In this document: one piece after another, positions 57,035 to 64,000 of the stretch
Layout of the letters: each line of letters begins with the position of its first letter
Position numbering within the stretch: position 1 is the first letter of the stretch
Origin: Nitrososphaeria archaeon
GTDB taxonomy: Archaea; Thermoproteota; Nitrososphaeria; Nitrososphaerales; JAAOZN01
DNA length: 64,000 bases
Direction: 5' to 3'
NCBI GenBank assembly: GCA_029775855.1
Contig: JARVJZ010000001.1
Location: forward strand, 32,001 to 96,000
Program-made: the position numbers and the translations under genes
The notes under the pieces: generated by a model
Database searches by the model: none
What the model was told of the DNA's origin: nothing
Seen by the model: the letters and a program-made list of their open reading frames with translations, nothing else

Positions 57035-58432
57035 ACGCTTAACTCTTCGCCACTTCACCCCTTGTGGTGTATCTTCAAGCTGTATACCTCGTCTACTTAA
57101 TTCATCGCGTATCTTATCTGCGGTAGCCCAATCTTTTCTTCGTCTAGCTTCTTGTCTTTGCTCAATTAGCGCCTGAAGCTCAGGTTCAAGCCTATCCTCT
57201 TGCGTTGACGGTATAACATTAAATATTGAGTTGAATGTGTTCAAGAAGGCTCTACAATACTCTAAATCGTTCTGTGAAACCTTGCCTTCATCTAACTTCT
57301 TATTTACCTCTTTGACAAATTCAAAGAAGACAGCTAAAGCTGTGGGTGAGTTAAGATCGTTATCCATAGCCTCCTCAAACCTAGCTTTATATTCTTTAAC
57401 CGATTCAACCAACCTATCTTCGTGTGAAATGGGTTTTGCCTCTGTTAACCTTAGACTAAAGTCTTGCAGTCTTCTAACAACAGTTTCGGCTTGAGCCAAA
57501 CCATCAAATGTAAAGTTCAACCTATCTCTATAGTGTGCTGAAAGAAGCAGAAATCTTATAGCAGATGGTGTATATTGTCTAGCCAGCAGTTCTCTTAGCG
57601 TAAAGTAGTTTCCCAGAGACTTAGCCATCTTCTGCCCATTAACCAATAGATGCTCACAGTGAACCCAATATCTGGCAAGAAGTTTTCCTGTGGCTGCTTC
57701 TGATTGAGCAATCTCATTCTCATGATGCGGGAATATGAGGTCTACGCCACCTGAGTGTATGTCAAATGTCTCACCTAGATACTTCATAGACATAGCGGAG
57801 CATTCTATGTGCCATCCTGGTCTGCCCTTTCCCAGCTCAGTAAGCCAGAAGACTTCACCATCTTCTTCGTCCCAACTTTTCCATAAAGCGAAGTCTCTTA
57901 TCTCCTCTTTAGAGTATTCGTCAGCCTTTATCCGTTCAGCTTTAAGCTCACCCTTAATCCCTGAGAGCTTACCGTAATCTTTGAAAGCTGAGACTCGATA
58001 ATAGACTGAGCCCTCGGAGAAGTAGGCTATACCTAAGTCCAGCAGCTTCTTAATCAAAGAAACCATATCAGCTATATGTTCAGTAGCTCTTGGGTATACC
58101 TCAGCTCTTTCTATGCCAAGTGTATCAATATCTTGAAAGTATGCTTGTATATATCTGTCAGTATACTCTCTTAGACTTACTCCCTGTTCTCTTGAAGCCT
58201 TTATCGTCTTATCGTCAACATCGGTTAGATTCTGAACTTGAAAGACCGAATAACCCTTATACTTTAGGTATCGTCTGAGTAGATCTTGGAAGACAAATGT
58301 TCTAAAGTTTCCTATGTGCGCATAGTCATATACGGTTGGGCCGCAAGTGTATATCTTAACTAACCCTTCTTGAAGCGGTTTAAATTCTTCGATTCTTCTA
58401 CCTAGCGTATTGTATAGTCTTAGTGTCATCAC
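57023..58432 (-). CDS. cysS: Cysteinyl-tRNA synthetase
   Basis: YTCGPTVY..AHIGN, GRPGWHIECSAM, DLIFPHHENE, KMAKSLGN. Confidence 0.97.
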   Translation of the reverse strand: MMTLRLYNTLGRRIEEFKPLQEGLVKIYTCGPTVYDYAHIGNFRTFVFQDLLRRYLKYKGYSVFQVQNLTDVDDKTIKASREQGVSLREYTDRYIQAYFQDIDTLGIERAEVYPRATEHIADMVSLIKKLLDLGIAYFSEGSVYYRVSAFKDYGKLSGIKGELKAERIKADEYSKEEIRDFALWKSWDEEDGEVFWLTELGKGRPGWHIECSAMSMKYLGETFDIHSGGVDLIFPHHENEIAQSEAATGKLLARYWVHCEHLLVNGQKMAKSLGNYFTLRELLARQYTPSAIRFLLLSAHYRDRLNFTFDGLAQAETVVRRLQDFSLRLTEAKPISHEDRLVESVKEYKARFEEAMDNDLNSPTALAVFFEFVKEVNKKLDEGKVSQNDLEYCRAFLNTFNSIFNVIPSTQEDRLEPELQALIEQRQEARRRKDWATADKIRDELSRRGIQLEDTPQGVKWRRVKRLTL

Positions 58433-58462
58433 TTCCAGCCTACGGTAGTAAGAGTTCTCTCC

Positions 58463-58693
58463 TTATTCAATCACCATCATAGTTAGTGTTGAGCGGACAC
58501 CATTTAACCCTCGTATTCTTCTCGATATCACTTCCTTAAGCCTATCCATCGTGGGGAGTTCAACTTTAACCACGATATCATATACTCCGTAGACTTCGTT
58601 AGCCTCAACAACTCCTTCTATGCTGCGCAGCTCCTTTAACAACGCCTTCTCAGACCCAAGCTCAGCATTAATCATAACAAATGCTATTGGCAT
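58463..58693 (-). CDS. Lrp/AsnC ligand-binding (RAM) domain-only protein
   Basis: AFVMIN, VYGVYDIVVKVE, IRGLNGVRSTLT; no HTH. Confidence 0.9.
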   Translation of the reverse strand: MPIAFVMINAELGSEKALLKELRSIEGVVEANEVYGVYDIVVKVELPTMDRLKEVISRRIRGLNGVRSTLTMMVIE

Positions 58694-58755
58694 ACCATCA
58701 AATTTATCAACCCAAATATATATCTCTTGCGAAGTAAACTCTTATACCAATTAAG

Positions 58756-58922
58756 CAGAAGAACTTATATACCAAATATAAGATACCGCACGCAAGGTGG
58801 AGGGAGAAGTGCGAGGCGATCGACTTTACACAGAGCGTGATCACCTTTTCACTAACCACATACTCTAAACCGCCATTTTCCTCCAGCATCAACTCAACCA
58901 CCTTAGAAAAGGAGTGTTCTTT
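58756..58922 (+). promoter_or_regulatory. BRE/TATA promoter and ~130-nt potentially structured 5' leader of the ask-aro operon
   Basis: CAGAAGAA-CTTATATA at 58756-58771; complementary segments within the leader (see findings). Confidence 0.45.
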
Positions 58923-60140
58923 ATGGCAGAGGTTATAGTCTTTAAATTCGGAGGCTCTATACTAGACAGCAGCGAGCATATCGAAAAAGCAGCACAAAGG
59001 GTCAAAGCCATCTACTCAAAGGGGTTCGGTGTTATAGTTGTGGTCTCAGCTCTGCGTGGAGTAACTGACTCATTAATCTCGACTGCGCGTAAGGCGAATC
59101 CCCATATTACTCCTGAGATGCTTGATGAAGTTGCATCTATGGGTGAGCGAACGAGCGCTAGGTTGTTTGCTTCTGCGCTTCAAGGTGTTGGATTGGATGC
59201 TGTAGTTGTAGATCCGGATTCTCCTTACTGGCCTATCTTGACTGATTCGAATCATTTAGATGCAAACCCTCTTTACGAAGAAACTAAACATCTCGTTGAA
59301 GAGCGGCTTAAACCCCTCCTTGATGCTGGTAAGGTTCCAGTGGTCTGCGGTTTCGTGGGTAAAACGGTAGATGGAAAGGTCACGACGCTAGGCAGAGGTG
59401 GTAGCGACACTACAGCTGTTCTTCTTGGTAGTATTCTTAGAGCAAAGGAGGTGGTATTGGTTAAAGATGTTGGTAAGGTCTTCTCAAGCGACCCGGACAA
59501 GGTTTCTGACGCTGTGCCTATCACTAGCCTAGATTCAGAAGAGGCGTTGGCCCTTAGTGTAGGTGGCGCAAAGTTTCTACACTACAAGGCGCTGCGCTAT
59601 AAGGTTGATGGTGTGCCTATACACATAGCAAGCTTAGACCCTGAAGATAAGGGCACTGTCATAGATGGTGAATCCCTTTTGAACGTGGATATCGAAGCTC
59701 TTGAAGACCCAGTTACTATGATAACTGTAGTAGGGAACATGAATGGTTCACACAAGGCCATTGGTGAACTACTAGCTAATGTCTACTCTGTGGGCGGCAA
59801 GGTAATCTCTTTAGGTTCTGAACCAAAGTCTATAGTGCTTTATGTGTTAAACGGAAGTAAGGTGCTGGGGCACCTACATTCCTGGGTTGTCTCAACAGGT
59901 TTCGGAAAAGCTGTCAGCAGCTATGATAACCTCACCATGATAACAGTCAAAGCACCAGCCATGGAAACAAGCCCTGGGATGGTTCAGCGTGTCACACAGC
60001 CTCTTGCGAGGCACGGCATAAATGTCTTCGGATTAGTTACAGTGGGCTCTTCAATAAGGGTCTTCATTTCTTTGGCAGATAGAGATAAGGCGCTTGCACT
60101 TCTCCGTGAAGCGTTGATGGTTTCCGTTTCAAAGAGGTGA
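58923..60140 (+). CDS. lysC: Aspartate kinase with ACT domains
   Basis: VFKFGGS, VVVSA, SMGERTSA, TTLGRGGSDTTA, DV..V.SSDP. Confidence 0.93.
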   Translation: MAEVIVFKFGGSILDSSEHIEKAAQRVKAIYSKGFGVIVVVSALRGVTDSLISTARKANPHITPEMLDEVASMGERTSARLFASALQGVGLDAVVVDPDSPYWPILTDSNHLDANPLYEETKHLVEERLKPLLDAGKVPVVCGFVGKTVDGKVTTLGRGGSDTTAVLLGSILRAKEVVLVKDVGKVFSSDPDKVSDAVPITSLDSEEALALSVGGAKFLHYKALRYKVDGVPIHIASLDPEDKGTVIDGESLLNVDIEALEDPVTMITVVGNMNGSHKAIGELLANVYSVGGKVISLGSEPKSIVLYVLNGSKVLGHLHSWVVSTGFGKAVSSYDNLTMITVKAPAMETSPGMVQRVTQPLARHGINVFGLVTVGSSIRVFISLADRDKALALLREALMVSVSKR

Positions 60141-60925
60141 GTAATTTGGGTAAGAATCTTAGAATATCTCGGTTGACGAAGAATGGTAAGATGCTCTGCA
60201 TACCTATGGATCACGGCATAAGCATAGGCCCTGTAAAGGGTCTTGACACAATCTACAATACAATTCAGCTGGTAGCTGAGGGAGGAGCATCAGCTATTTT
60301 GATACATAAGGGAATCCTTAAGGCTCTAAGCAGCGCGCCTAATACAGGTATCATTATGCACCTTTCAGCAAGCACCGATATAGGTCCTTCCCCTAACCGT
60401 AAGATGCTTATAGCGGGTGTAGAGGAAGCGATTAGGCTTGGTGCAGATGCGGTCTCGGTTCACATAAACATAGGGTGCAAAGATGAACCAGAGATGCTTC
60501 AAGACTTAGGTCTGGTTGCTGACGAATGCGATAGTTGGGGTATGCCGCTTATCGCTATGATGTATCCGAGAGGTGAAAACATAAAGAATCCCTACGATCC
60601 AGATACCGTGGCGCATGTAGCGAGAATTGGCGCGGAAGCGGGCGCTGATATCGTCAAAACAGTTTATACGGGAAGCTCAGAGACTTTTAGCAAGGTTGTG
60701 CGCGGTTGTCCTGTGCCGGTGGTTATTGCTGGTGGCCCTAAGGTTAGTAGTGATAGGGAGGTGCTGCTTATGGCTAAGGGTGCTTTAGAAGCTGGTGCTA
60801 TGGGTGTGACCTTTGGTAGAAATGTGTTTCAACATTCTGATCCAAGGAGTATAACAAAGGCGCTCAGTAAGGTTGTGTTCGAAGGGTTAGATGTTGATGA
60901 AGCTCTTAAAGTAGTAGGTCAGTAG
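60137..60925 (+). CDS. aroA': 2-amino-3,7-dideoxy-D-threo-hept-6-ulosonate (ADH) synthase
   Basis: PMDHG, HKG, MHLSAST, MMYPRG, GADIVKT, AGGPK, GRNVFQ; adjacent to DHQ synthase II. Confidence 0.9.
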   Translation: MSNLGKNLRISRLTKNGKMLCIPMDHGISIGPVKGLDTIYNTIQLVAEGGASAILIHKGILKALSSAPNTGIIMHLSASTDIGPSPNRKMLIAGVEEAIRLGADAVSVHINIGCKDEPEMLQDLGLVADECDSWGMPLIAMMYPRGENIKNPYDPDTVAHVARIGAEAGADIVKTVYTGSSETFSKVVRGCPVPVVIAGGPKVSSDREVLLMAKGALEAGAMGVTFGRNVFQHSDPRSITKALSKVVFEGLDVDEALKVVGQ

Positions 60926-60927
60926 AG

Positions 60928-61944
60928 ATGTTCGAAGGCAAAGAAGTTATAGTCGAGCCAAATGTCAATGAGAGCGACATCTCATCCTTTATAGGTGGCG
61001 CTATAACACTTGGGGTAAAGAAGTTCGTCTGCGAACCCGTTGAAGGTGTTGATGCTGAGTTTATTCAGCCTGTAGACATACCTGAGAAGAATGTTGGGGG
61101 TCTTGTGGTTAGAAAGAAGATTGTAGATAAAGCGGATCTGGAAGAGGTCATCTATGCAGCGAGGAGTGGTGCTAAAGCTGTGCTCGTTGAAGCGTCTGAC
61201 TGGAAGATTATACCTTTAGAAAATCTGATAGCTGAGATTCAGTCGAGCGGCTGTAAGATTTATGCTTATGCTTCCTCACCTACTGAGGTTAGGCCTTTAT
61301 TAGGCGTATTGGATCGTGGTGCGGATGGTGTTGTGCTTAAAACTTCGAGTCTTGATGCAGTTAAGCAGACCTTAGATTATCTTAAGGTTGTAGCTTCCGT
61401 GAATCTGGTGGCTGTTGATGTGCTTGAAGTCAGAGAAGCTGGTATGGGTGAAAGGGTTTGTGTTGACACATCGTCTATGCTCTGCTTAGGTGAAGGGCTG
61501 CTGGTTGGTAGCAGATCTAACTTCCTCTTCTTAGTCCATAACGAGTCTCTCGGTTCAAAGTTTACATCCCCAAGACCGTTTAGAGTGAATGCTGGTAGTG
61601 TAAGTAGCTACATACTTACGCCAAATGGTAAAACCAAGTATCTCTCTGAGCTTGAAGCTGGAGATGAAGTCCTTGTGGTAAGTGCTAAAGATGTGCCTAA
61701 AGTCGCTACGGTTGGGCGGGTTAAGATTGAGCGTAGACCACTAATTTTGGTTAAAGCAGCCTTCGGAGAAGAAGTTGGGAGCATACTACTTCAGAACGCT
61801 GAAACCATAGCCTTAGTTGGAGAAGGTGAAAAAATCATACCTGTAACTGAGGTTAAACGCGGAGACCGTATACTTGCCAATGTGGTTGAGGCTAAAGGTC
61901 GGCACTTCGGCTCAGCTGTTGACGAATACATATTAGAGAAGTAG
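60928..61944 (+). CDS. aroB': 3-dehydroquinate synthase II
   Basis: DWKIIPLENLIA, GERVCVDT, RPFRVNAG, GRVKIERRP, LQNAETI, RHFG. Confidence 0.95.
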   Translation: MFEGKEVIVEPNVNESDISSFIGGAITLGVKKFVCEPVEGVDAEFIQPVDIPEKNVGGLVVRKKIVDKADLEEVIYAARSGAKAVLVEASDWKIIPLENLIAEIQSSGCKIYAYASSPTEVRPLLGVLDRGADGVVLKTSSLDAVKQTLDYLKVVASVNLVAVDVLEVREAGMGERVCVDTSSMLCLGEGLLVGSRSNFLFLVHNESLGSKFTSPRPFRVNAGSVSSYILTPNGKTKYLSELEAGDEVLVVSAKDVPKVATVGRVKIERRPLILVKAAFGEEVGSILLQNAETIALVGEGEKIIPVTEVKRGDRILANVVEAKGRHFGSAVDEYILEK

Positions 61945-61953
61945 AGTGCAAGC

Positions 61954-62637
61954 GTGTTGAATTTTAAAATGAAGATATGTGCCTCTATCGGTGAACCAAC
62001 CTACCTTCACTTGGAAAAGAGTGTTAAGAGAGCTTTTGAAGTTGGCGCAGATTTAGTTGAGCTCAGGCTTGATTATCTGAAGGATGCTCTTGATGTTCAG
62101 CAAATAAAACGTATCATTGATGGATGCGTGGATAGATGTATCTTAACACTAAGATCAAACAGAGAAGGCGGGTTATTTAAGGGGAGCGAAGAGGAGCGTC
62201 TTCAACTAATCCACCAATTAAGCGAGCTGAAACCAGCCTACTTGGATGTGGAGTTGGATGCTGTGAAGCGTGAAAAGAAGCTCTCTGAAGTATGCGAAGG
62301 AGTTACACTTATCGTTTCAAAGCATAGTTTCACACATACACCTAACCAATCCACTTTAAGCAAGTGGGTTAAAGAAGTTCTTAGACTCGGCAGCTTGGGT
62401 AAAGTGGTTACTACAGCAAAGAACTTCAGAGACAACATAACCATCATAGAGATACTTAAAAGAGCGCCTAAAGGGCGTCTAATATCCTTCTGTATGGGCG
62501 AGTTAGGCTTAGTTTCAAGAATACTCTCACCGCTACTCGGCTCACCTATCTTCTACGCGAGCCTAAAAAAAGCAACAGCATCTGGTCAAATAGAGTTAAG
62601 TGATGCGGTTAAGCTTTACCGCGTGCTTAGGGTATGA
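61954..62637 (+). CDS. aroD: Type I 3-dehydroquinate dehydratase
   Basis: VELRLD, TLRS.REGG, DVE, SKH.F..TP, FCMGELG..SRI, GQ. Confidence 0.92.
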   Translation: MLNFKMKICASIGEPTYLHLEKSVKRAFEVGADLVELRLDYLKDALDVQQIKRIIDGCVDRCILTLRSNREGGLFKGSEEERLQLIHQLSELKPAYLDVELDAVKREKKLSEVCEGVTLIVSKHSFTHTPNQSTLSKWVKEVLRLGSLGKVVTTAKNFRDNITIIEILKRAPKGRLISFCMGELGLVSRILSPLLGSPIFYASLKKATASGQIELSDAVKLYRVLRV

Positions 62638-63485
62638 AGATCAGCCGCAGCACAAGGCTTTACGGGCTTCTAGGTTACCCTTTGAAGCATACCGCCTCAC
62701 CATCTATGCACAACGCGGCCTTTGAAGCGCTAGGTTTGGATGCGGTCTATCTTGTGTTTGAGGTTGAGTCGAATATGCTTGAGGATGCGGTTAGAGGATT
62801 TAGGGCGCTTGGTGTCAGAGGGTTTAATGTCACAATACCGTATAAAGAGCGTATTATACCTCTGCTTAATCGCCTCGCCTCTTCAGCGGAGGAGGTTGGG
62901 GCTGTAAACACTGTGCATATAGTAGAGGGTTTGCTCATAGGCTACAACACTGATCTTGAGGGGTTTATTACTCCTCTTAAAGAGCTTAATCTTAAACTTC
63001 AAGAACTTAGAGCCGTCATTATTGGCGCAGGCGGTGCTGCAAAAGCGTGCATAAGGGCTCTTATAAACGAGAAGTGTCGAGCAATAACTTTAGTCAACAG
63101 AAGCAAGGAGAGAGCATTAAACCTAGCGCAGCAATACAAATACCCAAACCTCAAAGTTATCGCACTCAGCGAGAATAACCTAAAAGAAGCCCTAAATCAA
63201 GCAGATCTCGTGGTCAACGCAACACCCGTAGGCATGTATCCGAATGTAGATGAGTCAATCATACCGAAGCACCTTCTAAGATCTGATATGATAGTCTACG
63301 ACCTAGTCTACCGCCCAGTCCACACACAACTCATTAAAGACGCTATAGATGTCGGCGCAACTACTATACTTGGATATAAAATGCTACTTGAGCAAGCGGC
63401 GCAATCTTTTAGAATCTGGACGGGGTTTGAACCACCAAGAAAGATTATGTTAGAGGCGTTAAAGCGGGAACTAGGTGTGGTATGA
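62634..63485 (+). CDS. aroE: Shikimate dehydrogenase
   Basis: SPSMHNAAF, NVTIPYKE, GAVNT, NTD, GAGGAA, NATPVGM, YDLVYRP. Confidence 0.95.
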   Translation: MKISRSTRLYGLLGYPLKHTASPSMHNAAFEALGLDAVYLVFEVESNMLEDAVRGFRALGVRGFNVTIPYKERIIPLLNRLASSAEEVGAVNTVHIVEGLLIGYNTDLEGFITPLKELNLKLQELRAVIIGAGGAAKACIRALINEKCRAITLVNRSKERALNLAQQYKYPNLKVIALSENNLKEALNQADLVVNATPVGMYPNVDESIIPKHLLRSDMIVYDLVYRPVHTQLIKDAIDVGATTILGYKMLLEQAAQSFRIWTGFEPPRKIMLEALKRELGVV

Positions 63486-64000
63486 TGAGAGGAAGAGCAG
63501 TAGCATTCGGCGCAATCTCTATCGTTAACGCTGTAGCAACCGGCTTAGGCTGTTCACTTGGTATTAATCTAAGAACCGAAGCAGAGGTGAAAATACTTGG
63601 AGAATCTGATGAGGTAAAAGTTAGAGTAAACGGTGTAGAGCACGAATCAAAAGATCTGGAATCAGCTAAAATCATAACCCAAGAAATAATTACAACCCTA
63701 GCTGGAAGAAGATTAGGTGCAGAAGTATCCACAACATCAAACATCCCCGTAGCAAGAGGGCTCAAAAGCTCAAGCGCAGCAGCAAATGCTATAGCCTTAG
63801 CAGCAAAATCAGCCCTAGATGCCGAAGTTGACAACTTAGAGTTGGTCAAGATAGGTGTAAAGGCAGTCATCAAAGCAAAAGTATCTCTCACAGGCGCCTT
63901 TGATGACGCATCAGCAAGCTTCTTCGGAGGATACTGTCTAACCGATAACACAAACCTTAGACTCTTAAAAAGAGAAGAGGGCCCAAAAGATCTACAAGTA
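63482..64000 (+). CDS. aroK: Archaeal (GHMP-type) shikimate kinase, 3'-truncated; absent from the ORF track
   Basis: Hand translation MMRGRAVAFGAISIVNAVATGLG...IPVARGLKSSSAAANA...SLTGAFDDASASFFGG; open to the window end. Confidence 0.92.
   Translation, partial: MMRGRAVAFGAISIVNAVATGLGCSLGINLRTEAEVKILGESDEVKVRVNGVEHESKDLESAKIITQEIITTLAGRRLGAEVSTTSNIPVARGLKSSSAAANAIALAAKSALDAEVDNLELVKIGVKAVIKAKVSLTGAFDDASASFFGGYCLTDNTNLRLLKREEGPKDLQV

Noticed and set aside
58707-58901. 64-aa minus-strand ORF
   Set aside because: No recognisable motif; it overlaps the ask promoter and leader, so it is probably spurious.
58794-58922. Canonical lysine riboswitch or T-box before aspartate kinase
   Set aside because: AGAAGTGCG faintly resembles the lysine aptamer start, but the leader is too short and lacks the other conserved elements; no T-box sequence. 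Kept only as a novel-structure candidate.
63445-63951. 168-aa minus-strand ORF
   Set aside because: Antisense shadow of the real plus-strand shikimate kinase.
1-64000. tRNA/rRNA genes, transposases, integrases
   Set aside because: Reading the intergenic gaps showed no cloverleaf/T-loop or rRNA-like GC-rich stretches, and no ORF has transposase or recombinase motifs. A tRNAscan/Rfam run would be needed to exclude small RNAs.

Overview
Gene-dense archaeal chromosome segment. The NuoD sequence type, fused guaA, archaeal aro genes, BRE/TATA promoters and frequent GTG/TTG starts suggest a deep-branching Nitrososphaeria/Thermoproteota lineage; this is inferred by eye, not by database search. I saw no rRNA, tRNA, CRISPR array or mobile element. 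In order, the window holds: tandem SagB-like flavoproteins, H+-PPase, a radical SAM/SPASM enzyme, and a ~20 kb amino-acid/peptide scavenging region (Liv and Opp ABC systems, LLM oxidoreductase, CapA-family protein, two atypical M28 and one M20 peptidase, SDR epimerase, nitroreductase, Asp/Glu/hydantoin racemase). Next come a stand-alone Ni-CODH cdhAB pair, guaA, an orphan nuoB-nuoI-nuoCD operon, sugar-nucleotide genes, ctaB, Moco genes, tatAC, metalloid transporters, an Lhr-MPE-exonuclease repair cluster, ychF, cysS, and an aspartate kinase plus archaeal shikimate operon. Best leads: (1) a probable D-amino-acid-peptide epimerise-and-degrade system; (2) CdhA apparently lacking both D-cluster cysteines, near a complex-I Q-module with no membrane arm; (3) two SagB-like genes with complementary loss of active-site motifs; (4) an un-called 54-aa Cys/His-rich mini-protein divergent from acr3; (5) a switch-like RNA leader before the ask-aro operon. 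All family assignments come from recognised motifs.
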